DNA of 64,000 bases. Origin: a bacterium. Its GTDB lineage: Bacteria > Bacteroidota > Ignavibacteria > UBA10030. The notes beneath the pieces are model-generated. The model saw only the letters and a list, made by a program, of their open reading frames with translations, searched no databases and was not told where the DNA came from. Below, one piece after another: positions 29,347 to 39,212 of this stretch. Within the stretch, counting starts at the first letter, position 1, and every line of letters begins with the position of its first letter. Location: the NCBI GenBank assembly GCA_043803945.1, contig JAZDJN010000072.1, positions 1-64,000 on the forward strand, written 5' to 3'. The translations under genes and the position numbers were made by a program.

Positions 29347-30108
29347 TTATGGTTCTCTATGGCAAACAACAATGAAGTCTTTTGATGTTGAATCCAGAGG
29401 ACCCTCGTTATAATCGCCGTGGATTGTTTTCAATTTCAATTTGGAGCAGCGAACAAGATGTTCCAGTTCATAGCGATAAAATATCCGCATCGGTGTTTCC
29501 CACACTTCCTGCTTGAGCTCTCCCTCTTCTTCCCATTCAAGTTTCATCGTCAACCGGCTTAGTTGATTTACAATATCCGTTGAAGAGGACACGAAGCGTC
29601 GAAGTCTTTTTCCGGGGGCATATTCGCCGTCAAAATCAATCACGTTATCCAGGCCTTGAGAAAGAATCAATGGATCCGGTACAAAGAGATCAAAGATAAA
29701 TCTGCCATGAGGCTGAAGGTGATCATAGACTCTGTTGAGAATACTCAATTGATCTTCCACTTCAACGATATGAAGAAACATCCGAAAGGGTGCAACGATG
29801 AGGGCAAACTGTTTCTCCAGAGTAAAATTTCGTGCATCAGCAATACCCACCCGATGATGGTGTTCAGGAGCTAGGTTTTTCTTCAGTACATCAATCATTT
29901 CCGGGCTGACATCAATGCCATAGATATCGGCTCCCGATGCGAGCGCATCAAGGAAAAACCGCCCCGTTCCGACACCGATTTCCAGAACAGGGCCTTGAGT
30001 CTCATGAATCTTCTTCAGAAAATAGTCCGTATCCACCGTGCGGAGATGTTTATAAATGATATCATAAAACCGGGCGAATGCCGGTGGATAGGAAACCGTA
30101 TGACTCAT
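29347..30108 (-). CDS. Class I SAM-dependent methyltransferase
   Basis: VLEIGVGTGR, GIDVSPEM, ADARNF; likely start MSHTVS. Confidence 0.9.
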   Translation of the reverse strand: MSHTVSYPPAFARFYDIIYKHLRTVDTDYFLKKIHETQGPVLEIGVGTGRFFLDALASGADIYGIDVSPEMIDVLKKNLAPEHHHRVGIADARNFTLEKQFALIVAPFRMFLHIVEVEDQLSILNRVYDHLQPHGRFIFDLFVPDPLILSQGLDNVIDFDGEYAPGKRLRRFVSSSTDIVNQLSRLTMKLEWEEEGELKQEVWETPMRIFYRYELEHLVRCSKLKLKTIHGDYNEGPLDSTSKDFIVVCHREP

Positions 30109-30112
30109 AGCG

Positions 30113-30658
30113 CTATAATCTCCACTTGATAGTACACCCGATTGAAAATGTCTCCGGCTCCGCGACTTCCTGACCGGAAAGAATTGCATCGACAGCGTTC
30201 CGGAGGTAGGTCGACTTTACGGCGGAAGGATCCTGATAATTGTCATCCATCTTGCCGATGTAGCGAAGTTTGCGTTCCGCATCGAAGACAAAAAACTGAG
30301 GAGTGTGCGTGGCGTTAAATGCACTGGCAACGATCTGATTTTCATCCCGGAGATAAGGATAATTGAAGCCCTTTTCCTGTGCACGTTTCACCATACTCTC
30401 AAAATCGTCATCGGGATAATCCTTCGTATCATTCGCGTTAATAGCCACCAGTTGCACTCCCTTCCCCTCATAGTCCTGCTGAAACGCCTTCATCCGTTCT
30501 TCATAGGCTTTCACATAGGGACAATGATTGCAGGAGAAGACAATCACGAGAACCTTCTTTTCGTTGAAGGTGCTCAGGGAATATTGCTTGCTGTCAGTTC
30601 CCGGCAATGCAGAGAATTCTGGTATCACGGTTCCGATTGCTAGTTGATTTGTTCCCAT
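30113..30658 (-). CDS. Thioredoxin-fold AhpC/TSA-family protein
   Basis: FSCNHCPYV, A..TP.FFVFD, Y.G.MDD, GCTIKW. Confidence 0.9.
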   Translation of the reverse strand: MGTNQLAIGTVIPEFSALPGTDSKQYSLSTFNEKKVLVIVFSCNHCPYVKAYEERMKAFQQDYEGKGVQLVAINANDTKDYPDDDFESMVKRAQEKGFNYPYLRDENQIVASAFNATHTPQFFVFDAERKLRYIGKMDDNYQDPSAVKSTYLRNAVDAILSGQEVAEPETFSIGCTIKWRL

Positions 30659-30729
30659 CGAGTTTCTCTCTTCTGTTTTATTGAACCGCCAAAACGCCAA
30701 GAGAATAATTAGATTTTATTAAAAAGAAA

Positions 30730-30940
30730 CTAGAGCGAAGGCGTCCCGCCGAGCATCATACGGAGTAAATGCATTTCACATCTTTCTTCTTACTTCTCAC
30801 GCTTCTCATAAATATTCCTTCGCCCTCGGCAAGGATGCCTTCGGGCTAGAGGAAAAGTGCGAAGGCGTCCCCGACTTCACACTGTGTTTTCCGCCTGCGC
30901 GGTGCTTCGGCGGACAGGTCGTCGGGCAGGCCCGCCGAGC
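30730..30940. repeat. Dispersed RAYT-family REP cluster in inverted orientation
   Basis: ctagagcgaaggcgtcccgccgag (30730), gccctcggcaaggatgccttcgggctag (30822-30849) and a third degenerate copy. Confidence 0.85.
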
Positions 30941-30998
30941 GCTAAAGTTACTCTCTATCCCTTGGCGGTTTTTGCGATTCGGTGTTTACCTGGAATAG

Positions 30999-33827
30999 TT
31001 ATTTCTTCTTTTCCGGGTACAGCACGCACTTTACGAAATTCTTTGTCGAAAGATATTTCTTTGCTGCATTCAGTACTGACTTCCCATCCAGCTTCTCAAC
31101 ACGTTTGGAATAATTCAGAATCTCTTCCGGATTCTCATTGTTTGCATAATACGTTCTGAAAGCCGAAAGCCAGAAGCCATTCTCCTTCATTTGTACTTCT
31201 CGGGTACGGCGGTGTTGCTCCTTCACCTTATCGATGTAGATTTGATCAGGCGCTTTCATCTTCAGGCTGTCGATCTGCTGTAATACTGCTTTCACCAATT
31301 CATCGACGCGGCCGGGATCACATCCCCATTGTATCATGATGGAATATTCTTTCCGCGGATAAAGCGATGGAGATCCACCGATGCTAATTCCATAGGTGCC
31401 TCCCTTTTCTTCCCGCACTATTTCGCGCAGCTTGATATTCATAACATCAATCAACGCTGTGAAATCATATCGATTCTGAGCTGTCCACTCGAATGGCCCC
31501 GAGAGCATAAGCTGCACTGTACTCTTAGGTTCCATTCCTCGGAATACCTTCTTATCGATTTTTCCAACGGGCAGTTTCACCCCGACATCCTTCCACGATT
31601 CCTTCCGACCTGTGGTTGGCAGACTTGCAAGGTATTGCTCGACGAGCGGTTTGATTTTCTCCAGTTGGAAATTGCCGACCAGGAAGAATGTGAAATCGCT
31701 GAAATCGGCAAACCGGTCTTTATAAATCTGCAGTGCTTTGTCTGGATTGATTTCATTCATCCGGTCAATCGTCATGGGGCGGCCTCTGAAATGGTAATTC
31801 GTCAGTGTCACCTGGACTGTATCGCTGAACACCGCTTCGGGATTTGCACCGCGGTTTTTCAGGGATTCCTTCATCCGTGTCATCAGTGAGGAGATCGCGG
31901 AAGTATCTTTCCGCGGAGCCGTGCCATACAGATAGGTTAACTGGAACATCGTCTCAAGATCCTGAGGCGATGCACTTCCCGAGAATCCTTCTGATAGTGA
32001 GCTAATCATGGGATAAACGCCCGCGCGCTTACCGGTGAGCATCTTCTGAAGAACGATCGCATCAAATTCACCGACCCCGGATTGTGAAACAATAGAGGTG
32101 GCATTCGTGGCAGTGAGAAAGTCTTTGTCCGCTACAAGTGAGTTTCCGCCATTGCTGTACGCCGAGAAGAGTATTTCATCATTCTTGAAGTCGGTCGGCT
32201 TGAGAACAACGCGCGAGCCGTTGGAGAGTGTCCATTCCGTCACTCCCAATGATTCAAGTTTCTTCTCACCGACGACCTTGCCCGGCTGCGGCATCTTGGC
32301 GATCAACGGTTTCGTGCTTACCTTGTCGACATACGCATCCAGTTGCTTTGTGCTCGCTTCGAGAAAGACTTTCTTTACTTCCTCTTCCGTCGGCACCTTC
32401 ACAGTTGCTTTTTTCGGCAGCCAGAGTGTGATAACCCGGCTCTCATCGCGAAGACGGACAGATGCAAGTTTATTCACCTCAGCTAATGCAATCCCCGGTA
32501 AAAATTGTTTCACCAGCTCATACTCTACTTCGATTCCGGGAATCGTTTCATTGGTTAAAAAGTTTCTGACGTACTCATCCGCGAGGGCACGTGATTGCCG
32601 CTTGTCCCGTTCCTTGAATGAGTTCTCGAAGCTGCTCAACATTTGCTTCCTCTGCCGCTCAAGCTCGGTTTCAGTGAAGCCATGTTGTTTCACACGATAG
32701 GCTTCAGATACTAGTGCATCAAGGCCTTCCAGAATGGAAGTCTCTTTAAATCTTGCCGCCAGGATGTAATATTGTTTTTTACCGATAACCCGCTGATCGA
32801 TACTTTGAGCCCCGAGAAACGGCGGATTTGGTTTTTGCGTGCGTTCCATGTAACGTGCGGAAAGCATTCCGTCGTAGATCTGACCGATAATCTCGTCACG
32901 ATAATCGCCTGCCTTATAAGTGTCACGCGCTTCACGCTTGATGAAGATCTGTGCCATGGTCATAGGCCATTCAGCATCGGTTGCAATGGAGACGAACGTC
33001 TCTTTATGATCGGGGACAGGGAATTCCTGCCGCGGCCGTTCCGACGCTGGATTTTTCAAACCGGAAAAATTCTCCTTAATGAGCGCCTCGATCTGTTTCT
33101 TGTCAAAATCACCCACGGCAACGATCGCCATCAAATCCGGTCGATACCAATCCCGATAATAGCGTTTGATGGTCTCGTAAGTAAAGCTTTCCAGAATTTC
33201 CTTTTTACCAATGACAAAACGGTTTGCATACTGAGAGTTGTACAGCAAGTAGGGCAGGTGTTGTAACAGCATGCGCATTTGTGCCCCGCGGCCAAGCCGC
33301 CACTCCTCAATGATAACGCCGCGCTCCTTGTCGATTTCCTTATCGTCGAATGCAACACCGCCCGCCCATTCCTGAAGAATTTGAAAACCCTTTTTCATGA
33401 TGTGAATCGAATCTGTCGGAAGCTGCAGCATGTATGTGGTTTCATCAAAGCTTGTTCCTGCATTGACCTCAGGCCCAAACTTCATTCCAGCCTTCTCGAG
33501 CAGGTTGATGATATCCTGTTTCGGAAAATTCTTCGTTCCATTGAATGCCATATGTTCAACAAAGTGTGCTAATCCCTGCTGGTCATCATCTTCAACAACA
33601 GAACCGACCTTTACCGCGAGACGGACTTCGCAGCGTTTTTCCGGTTTTTTATTTTCCCGGATATAATAGACCATCCCATTATCGAGCTTGCCGATAATTG
33701 TGGCGGGATCCGGCACAAGTGTTTCATTGACGTTCCAGACTTTTTCCTGTGCAACACTCCCTGTGAGCAAACCGGCTGCAGCACAGAGTGTGAGTAACAA
33801 TAAGAGACGCTGAAGAAAGCACTTCAT
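30999..33827 (-). CDS. M16 zinc protease (PqqL-like)
   Basis: GLAHFVEHMAFNG (HxxEH), NA.TSFDET.Y, ERGVI.EE.R, signal peptide. Confidence 0.93.
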   Translation of the reverse strand: MKCFLQRLLLLLTLCAAAGLLTGSVAQEKVWNVNETLVPDPATIIGKLDNGMVYYIRENKKPEKRCEVRLAVKVGSVVEDDDQQGLAHFVEHMAFNGTKNFPKQDIINLLEKAGMKFGPEVNAGTSFDETTYMLQLPTDSIHIMKKGFQILQEWAGGVAFDDKEIDKERGVIIEEWRLGRGAQMRMLLQHLPYLLYNSQYANRFVIGKKEILESFTYETIKRYYRDWYRPDLMAIVAVGDFDKKQIEALIKENFSGLKNPASERPRQEFPVPDHKETFVSIATDAEWPMTMAQIFIKREARDTYKAGDYRDEIIGQIYDGMLSARYMERTQKPNPPFLGAQSIDQRVIGKKQYYILAARFKETSILEGLDALVSEAYRVKQHGFTETELERQRKQMLSSFENSFKERDKRQSRALADEYVRNFLTNETIPGIEVEYELVKQFLPGIALAEVNKLASVRLRDESRVITLWLPKKATVKVPTEEEVKKVFLEASTKQLDAYVDKVSTKPLIAKMPQPGKVVGEKKLESLGVTEWTLSNGSRVVLKPTDFKNDEILFSAYSNGGNSLVADKDFLTATNATSIVSQSGVGEFDAIVLQKMLTGKRAGVYPMISSLSEGFSGSASPQDLETMFQLTYLYGTAPRKDTSAISSLMTRMKESLKNRGANPEAVFSDTVQVTLTNYHFRGRPMTIDRMNEINPDKALQIYKDRFADFSDFTFFLVGNFQLEKIKPLVEQYLASLPTTGRKESWKDVGVKLPVGKIDKKVFRGMEPKSTVQLMLSGPFEWTAQNRYDFTALIDVMNIKLREIVREEKGGTYGISIGGSPSLYPRKEYSIMIQWGCDPGRVDELVKAVLQQIDSLKMKAPDQIYIDKVKEQHRRTREVQMKENGFWLSAFRTYYANNENPEEILNYSKRVEKLDGKSVLNAAKKYLSTKNFVKCVLYPEKKK

Positions 33828-33951
33828 GAGGACCTCCTGCTTATGATGAATGTAGTGAATTATGATGTATGCGATTGTTGGAGAAAGCCGACCAAAAGAA
33901 ATATACTCTTTTTTTTTAAACTACTCACTATCCTGAAGATTTCTAACCACA

Positions 33952-33980
33952 TTGGATTTTAAGCCCCACTTCATTATCTT
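33952..33980 (+). promoter_or_regulatory. Candidate sigma70 promoter for tkt
   Basis: TTGGAT-17 bp-TATCTT. Confidence 0.4.
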
Positions 33981-34030
33981 TCCTTCCAAAATTATCGTAA
34001 AGAATCCATTAAGCACATTTGCGGAATAGC

Positions 34031-36037
34031 ATGACCTCAGCCTCAACCCCACTCGACCAGCTTTGCATCAATACGATCCGAACACTCAGTATGGACGGCG
34101 TCCAAAAGGCAAAATCCGGGCATCCGGGTATGCCGATGGGTGCCGCAGCAATGGCCTATGTCCTTTGGACACGGCATCTAAAACATAACCCGCTTAATCC
34201 GGACTGGAGCAATCGTGATCGGTTCGTGCTCTCTGCCGGGCATGGCTCAATGCTCCTCTACAGCCTTCTCCACCTCACAGGCTACGATCTGCCCCTGGAG
34301 GAATTGAAATCTTTTCGCCAATGGGGAAGCAAAACTCCCGGCCACCCTGAGGCATTCCATACGCCGGGTGTAGAAGTTACAACCGGACCCCTCGGTCAGG
34401 GATTTGCAACCGGTGTTGGTATGGCGATCGCTGAAAAACATCTTGCCTCACGCTATAACAAATCGAATTGCGATGTGGTGAATTACCGCATTTATGCCAT
34501 TGTCAGTGACGGCGATTTACAGGAAGGTGTCGCTTCTGAAGCAGCCTCGCTTGCCGCTCATCTTAAACTCGGGAATATCATTTACCTCTACGACGATAAC
34601 CATATCAGTATCGACGGGCCGACCTCTCTCTCGTTCAGTGAAGATGCGGCAAAACGATTTGAGGCTTATGGCTGGCACGTCCAGATTGTCAGTGACGGCA
34701 ATGACCTTGCAGCAATTGACGTAGCGATCAAAGCAGCGCAGGAAGAGTCACAGCGCCCATCGCTGATTAAAGTCCGCACACACCTCGGCTATGGGAGTCC
34801 GAATAAACAGGATACTGCAGAAGCTCATGGCGCACCTCTTGGTGAAGAGGAAGTTCGGCTCACAAAGAAAAATCTTGGATTCGATCCCCAACAGCTTTTT
34901 CATATTCCCGATGAAGCGTTGGCACACTTCCGCCGCGCGGTAGAGATGGGAAAGAAATGGGAATCGCTGTGGCAAACAAAATTTGAGAACTACCGCAAGA
35001 TCCACTCTGAATCAGCGGTGGAACTTGAAAAGATTCTTTCTGGTGAGTTGGGTGAACAATGGAAAAAAGCTGTTCCGGTATTCGGCGCCGAGACAGGCTC
35101 GGCGGCTACAAGGGAAGCTTCGGGAAAAGTTCTCAATGCGTTAGCGCCTCATCTCCCCTCGCTTATCGGTGGTTCGGCAGACCTGACACCTTCGAACAAC
35201 ACAGCCATTAAAGGATTCTCGGATTTTCAACCCGGATCCTACTCAGGCCGTTACATCCGATTCGGCGTCCGTGAACATGCCATGGGAGCAATTCTGAATG
35301 GCCTCGCTCTTTCGAAAGGGATGATTCCCTATGGCGGCACATTCTTCGTCTTCTCCGACTACATGCGTCCGACTATCCGCCTTGCTGCGCTCATGAAGAT
35401 CAGACCAATTTATGTCTTCACACATGATAGTATTGGTGTCGGTGAGGATGGACCGACGCATCAGCCCATTGAACATTTAGCAGCGCTGCGTTGCATCCCC
35501 AATGTTACCGTTATCCGCCCTGCGGATGCCAATGAGACCGCACAGGCATGGCGTGTTGCGATCGAACATAGGGACGGCCCGGTAGCTTTAATCCTCACTC
35601 GGCAGAAATTACCCGTCTTCGATCAAAATAAATTTCCATCGGCTGAGAATGTTGCGAACGGTGCATATACCCTGTGGGAAAATTCACCCAACCCCGAGCT
35701 GATTCTCCTTGGAAGCGGATCGGAAGTCCATCTTGCCCTCGGAGCTGCGACACAATTGTCTCAGAAAAATGTTAAGGTCCGTGTCGTGAGTATGCCGTCG
35801 TGGGAATTATTTGAAAGGCAGTCGAAAGAGTACCGGGATTCTGTTCTGCCCCCTGCTGTGAAAAAGCGGGTCGCAATAGAAGCAGCAGTGACAATGGGCT
35901 GGGGAAAATATACCGGTGATCAAGGAAGTATTATTGGTATTGATAGGTTTGGCGCGTCGGCTCCAGCAGAAACAGTGTATCGAGAATTTGGTATCACCAT
36001 CGAGAATATTCTCGCAGCAGTTCGCGAACTGAGTTAG
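34031..36037 (+). CDS. tkt: Transketolase
   Basis: [48 protein letters not shown]. Confidence 0.97.
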   Translation: MTSASTPLDQLCINTIRTLSMDGVQKAKSGHPGMPMGAAAMAYVLWTRHLKHNPLNPDWSNRDRFVLSAGHGSMLLYSLLHLTGYDLPLEELKSFRQWGSKTPGHPEAFHTPGVEVTTGPLGQGFATGVGMAIAEKHLASRYNKSNCDVVNYRIYAIVSDGDLQEGVASEAASLAAHLKLGNIIYLYDDNHISIDGPTSLSFSEDAAKRFEAYGWHVQIVSDGNDLAAIDVAIKAAQEESQRPSLIKVRTHLGYGSPNKQDTAEAHGAPLGEEEVRLTKKNLGFDPQQLFHIPDEALAHFRRAVEMGKKWESLWQTKFENYRKIHSESAVELEKILSGELGEQWKKAVPVFGAETGSAATREASGKVLNALAPHLPSLIGGSADLTPSNNTAIKGFSDFQPGSYSGRYIRFGVREHAMGAILNGLALSKGMIPYGGTFFVFSDYMRPTIRLAALMKIRPIYVFTHDSIGVGEDGPTHQPIEHLAALRCIPNVTVIRPADANETAQAWRVAIEHRDGPVALILTRQKLPVFDQNKFPSAENVANGAYTLWENSPNPELILLGSGSEVHLALGAATQLSQKNVKVRVVSMPSWELFERQSKEYRDSVLPPAVKKRVAIEAAVTMGWGKYTGDQGSIIGIDRFGASAPAETVYREFGITIENILAAVRELS

Positions 36038-36236
36038 AATAGAAAAGGAAAATACTTGCCGCCAAGAACGCCAAAACTCCAATAATTTTTTATGAATTAT
36101 TTTCACATCCTAGTGAAAAACAAATACATCTAATATTCTTGGCGCACTTGGCAGTCAGTTCTTTCTCCAAAGAATCTCTTTTTAGTTTTTTCGTAACGTG
36201 AGTGAGCAACTTTCTTTTCAACAGATCTAGGATCCT

Positions 36237-37537
36237 ATGAATTCTGAAAAACCAGTCCATAGCCGTGAATTCCGTATGCGGCGTTCCATGAATTGGCTCA
36301 CACTCGGTTTTACTTACGCGTCAATGTACATGGGTCGCTACAATCTCTCCTTTGCCAACAAAGCCCTTTCCGATACCTATGGCTGGGATAAAACACAGAT
36401 TGGATCGATCATCACTATTGCCCTGACCATCTACGGCATATCGGCATTGTTTAATGGGCCAATTGCCGACCGGATTGGCGGGCGCAAGGCAATGCTCATC
36501 GGAATATCCGGAGCCGTCGTTTTCAATCTGGCGTTCGGGCTTGGAGCATACATCGGCTTCCTCGGAACAGGAACGCTGCTCATAAGTTATTTCGCAGCGG
36601 CCTGGGCGATGAATATGTATTTCCAATCGTATAGCGCACTAGCCCTCATCAAAGTCAATTCGGCATGGTTCCATGTTCGTGAGCGGGGTGTCTTCTCCGC
36701 TATCTTTGGATCGATGATCCAGAGCGGACGTGCATTGATCTTCTTCGTCGGTGGAATTGCTGTGACGTTCCTTCCCTGGCAATGGGTGTTTTTCATTCCG
36801 GCTAGTGTGATGCTGCTCTTCGGTATTCTTACCTACTTTTTCGTTCGGGATACTCCAGAAGAGACCGGCCATCCGGCATTCGATACGGCAGACGCATCAA
36901 GCGGCGACACAGACACAGTCAATTTCAAATATCTCTTCAAGAAGGTGTTCAGCAATCCAATCACGTTAACAATTGCCGCGGCTGAGTTCTGCACGGGATT
37001 CGTGCGGCATGGATTCGAGCAATGGTTTCCCCGCTATATGCAGGAGGCACAGCAACTTCCGCTCGATTCCGAAGTGTTTCAAAAGGGAGCGATGAGCGTC
37101 GTTGTCGCAGGAATTGTCGGTGCGTTTGCCGCCGGGACAATTTCTGATTGGATCTTCAAATCACGCAGGCCACCGGTGGCCTTTGTTGGATATTTTCTCC
37201 AGATCATCTGTCTCGCCATCATTTGGATGGCGCCAGGCCTGGAGTGGATCATCGGAGCATTTGTTGTGAACTCCTTTGCCATCAGTATGGTTCACTCGAT
37301 GCTCTCCGGCACAGCTTCGATGGATTTTGGCGGGAAGAAAGCAGCAGCACGGCAACAGGTATGTTCGATGGTATGCAATATATCGGCGGCGCAGCAGTCG
37401 GTACCGGTATGGGATGGATGCTGCAAACATGGGGATGGGGTGTGTGGGGACCGAGTATGATTGGATTCTCAGTCATCGGTGCCATTCTCATGGTGCGCTT
37501 GTGGAATGTGGTTCCCAAAGGCAGGGGCGGACATTAA
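36237..37537 (+). pseudogene. GlpT/UhpC-like MFS transporter with a single frameshift near 37348
   Basis: Frame 1 is MFS up to DFGGKKAA; the continuation TATGMFDGMQYIG and last TMs are in the other frame, ending at 37537. Confidence 0.8.
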
Positions 37538-37649
37538 TAAGATAGTGAGTGAATGGCCACCGCTAAAGACGGCGGCTTCCTAAAAACAACATGTCATTCC
37601 GTGATGCTTCTACACGGAATCCAGATGATTGGAAGAACTTGAAAGAGTA

Positions 37650-38285
37650 ATGAAGCAAATAACAATTTTCGGAGCGAGTGGAAAGCTAGGGCGTAAATGT
37701 ATCGCTGATGCCATAACTCGGGGATTCCATGTCAAAGCTCCCACGAGAACTCCCATTCCGTTCCCGGGTATGATCGAATCGCTTGAGGCGATTCAAACAA
37801 CATTCGATGATAGTGAATCACTTCGATCTGTCATACGCGATTCACAGGGTGTCATTATCGCTCTTGGGCCTCGCTCATCGAATGCTCCTGCAATCTTTGC
37901 CTCTCTGACAACGAATATTATAAGAGCAATGGAGGCGGAAGGTGTACAACGTCTGGTGTGTGTTACAGGAGCGATGATAGGTGACTTACCGGTTCGACGT
38001 ACAAAATTTTTCCAGAGGCTGACGAACTTTATCAATAGCCACGCACCCGAATTAGCAAAGGATCGAACCGAGCAAGAGCATGTAATTCAACGGAGTTCGC
38101 TTGATTGGACCATTGTCAAACCGCCTCGACTAACAGATTCTCCTGTTTCCGGGAAGGTCAAGGCAGCACCAGATTTGGAAGTCGGACTTCTTTCAAAGAT
38201 TTCACGAAAAGATTTGGCGCAGTATATTCTTAACGAACTCGAATCACCGAATTATATTCGGCAAGCAGTTGTGGTTCACTATTGA
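37650..38285 (+). CDS. NAD(P)H-binding oxidoreductase (flavin/biliverdin reductase-like)
   Basis: IFGASGKLG, SSLDWTIVKPPRL, ISRKDLA. Confidence 0.88.
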   Translation: MKQITIFGASGKLGRKCIADAITRGFHVKAPTRTPIPFPGMIESLEAIQTTFDDSESLRSVIRDSQGVIIALGPRSSNAPAIFASLTTNIIRAMEAEGVQRLVCVTGAMIGDLPVRRTKFFQRLTNFINSHAPELAKDRTEQEHVIQRSSLDWTIVKPPRLTDSPVSGKVKAAPDLEVGLLSKISRKDLAQYILNELESPNYIRQAVVVHY

Positions 38286-38300
38286 CAACCTGGAGAAATT

Positions 38301-38849
38301 ATGGTCATTCACCCTTGGCACGATGTTACACCGGGCGATGAAGCCCCAAGAGAGTACAACGCAATTATCGAAATACCGTATGGATCCAGTGTAAAGTATG
38401 AGCTGGACAAGAAAAGCGGATTGATCAAACTGGATCGTGTGCTGTACTCGGCGGTATTTTATCCGGCAAACTACGGATTTATTCCACAGACACTCGCCGA
38501 TGATGATGACCCGCTAGATGTACTTGTCTTCTGTCAGGAAGCTGTGGTACCATTGACGATCATCCATGCTCGCACGATCGGTCTCATGACCATGATCGAC
38601 TCCGGCAAAAAGGACCACAAGATTATTGCCGTAGCGACGCAGGATCCGACGTACAATTCATACACCTGCGCGTTAGATATGCCGCCGCATCTGATGAGTA
38701 TGCTTCGAAGATTCTTTCAGGATTACAAGCAGCTCGAGGGTAAGGCGGTTGAAGTGGATGAAATTGCACGGGCAGAAGACGCATTCCCAATTATTCAGTT
38801 AGCACTCGAGCGGTACAGCCAGCAGCGGCGTGCGGGATTTAAGGATTGA
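38301..38849 (+). CDS. ppa: Inorganic pyrophosphatase (family I)
   Basis: HPWHD, KYELDK, YP.NYGFIP.T, DDDPLDVL, D.KIIAV. Confidence 0.95.
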   Translation: MVIHPWHDVTPGDEAPREYNAIIEIPYGSSVKYELDKKSGLIKLDRVLYSAVFYPANYGFIPQTLADDDDPLDVLVFCQEAVVPLTIIHARTIGLMTMIDSGKKDHKIIAVATQDPTYNSYTCALDMPPHLMSMLRRFFQDYKQLEGKAVEVDEIARAEDAFPIIQLALERYSQQRRAGFKD

Positions 38850-38856
38850 CTTAGTG

Positions 38857-38961
38857 AACCCTTCCGAAGGTTCCTTGGTTTCCACTCAGACCTTCGGAAG
38901 GTTGATATTTATTTGGAACCTTCGGAAGGTCTGAATGAAATCCGCGGAACCTTCCGAAGGG
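38857..38961. repeat. Four copies of the palindrome aaccttc(c/g)gaaggtt about 30 bp apart
   Basis: Copies at 38857, 38890, 38917 and 38948. Confidence 0.8.
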
Positions 38962-39080
38962 CGCTCTTTTTCTGTTTGGGAGCAGACCTGCCCCCATCAC
39001 GAACCTGGTCGGGAGTACAACTCCCTCTCAGATTGGGAACGGACATCTTTCCGCGATGGTCAGGAACCGAAGCTCTTTAT

Positions 39081-39109
39081 CTAGCCCGAAGGCGTCACGC
39101 CGAGGGCTA
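39081..39109. repeat. Solitary minimal RAYT-family REP
   Basis: ctagcccgaaggcgtcacgccgagggcta. Confidence 0.8.
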
Positions 39110-39212
39110 ACGAGCAAATTGTTGCCGGCGGGGCTCCCTCCCAGGATGTATTGGTAGAAGTCCGTCTTTAATCCGAGATTTATCAGAGCGAAAAGACGGA
39201 CTTCTTCATTTA

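Noticed and set aside
38857-38961. Mini CRISPR-like array
   Set aside because: Repeats are only about 15 bp and spacers about 13-17 bp, too short
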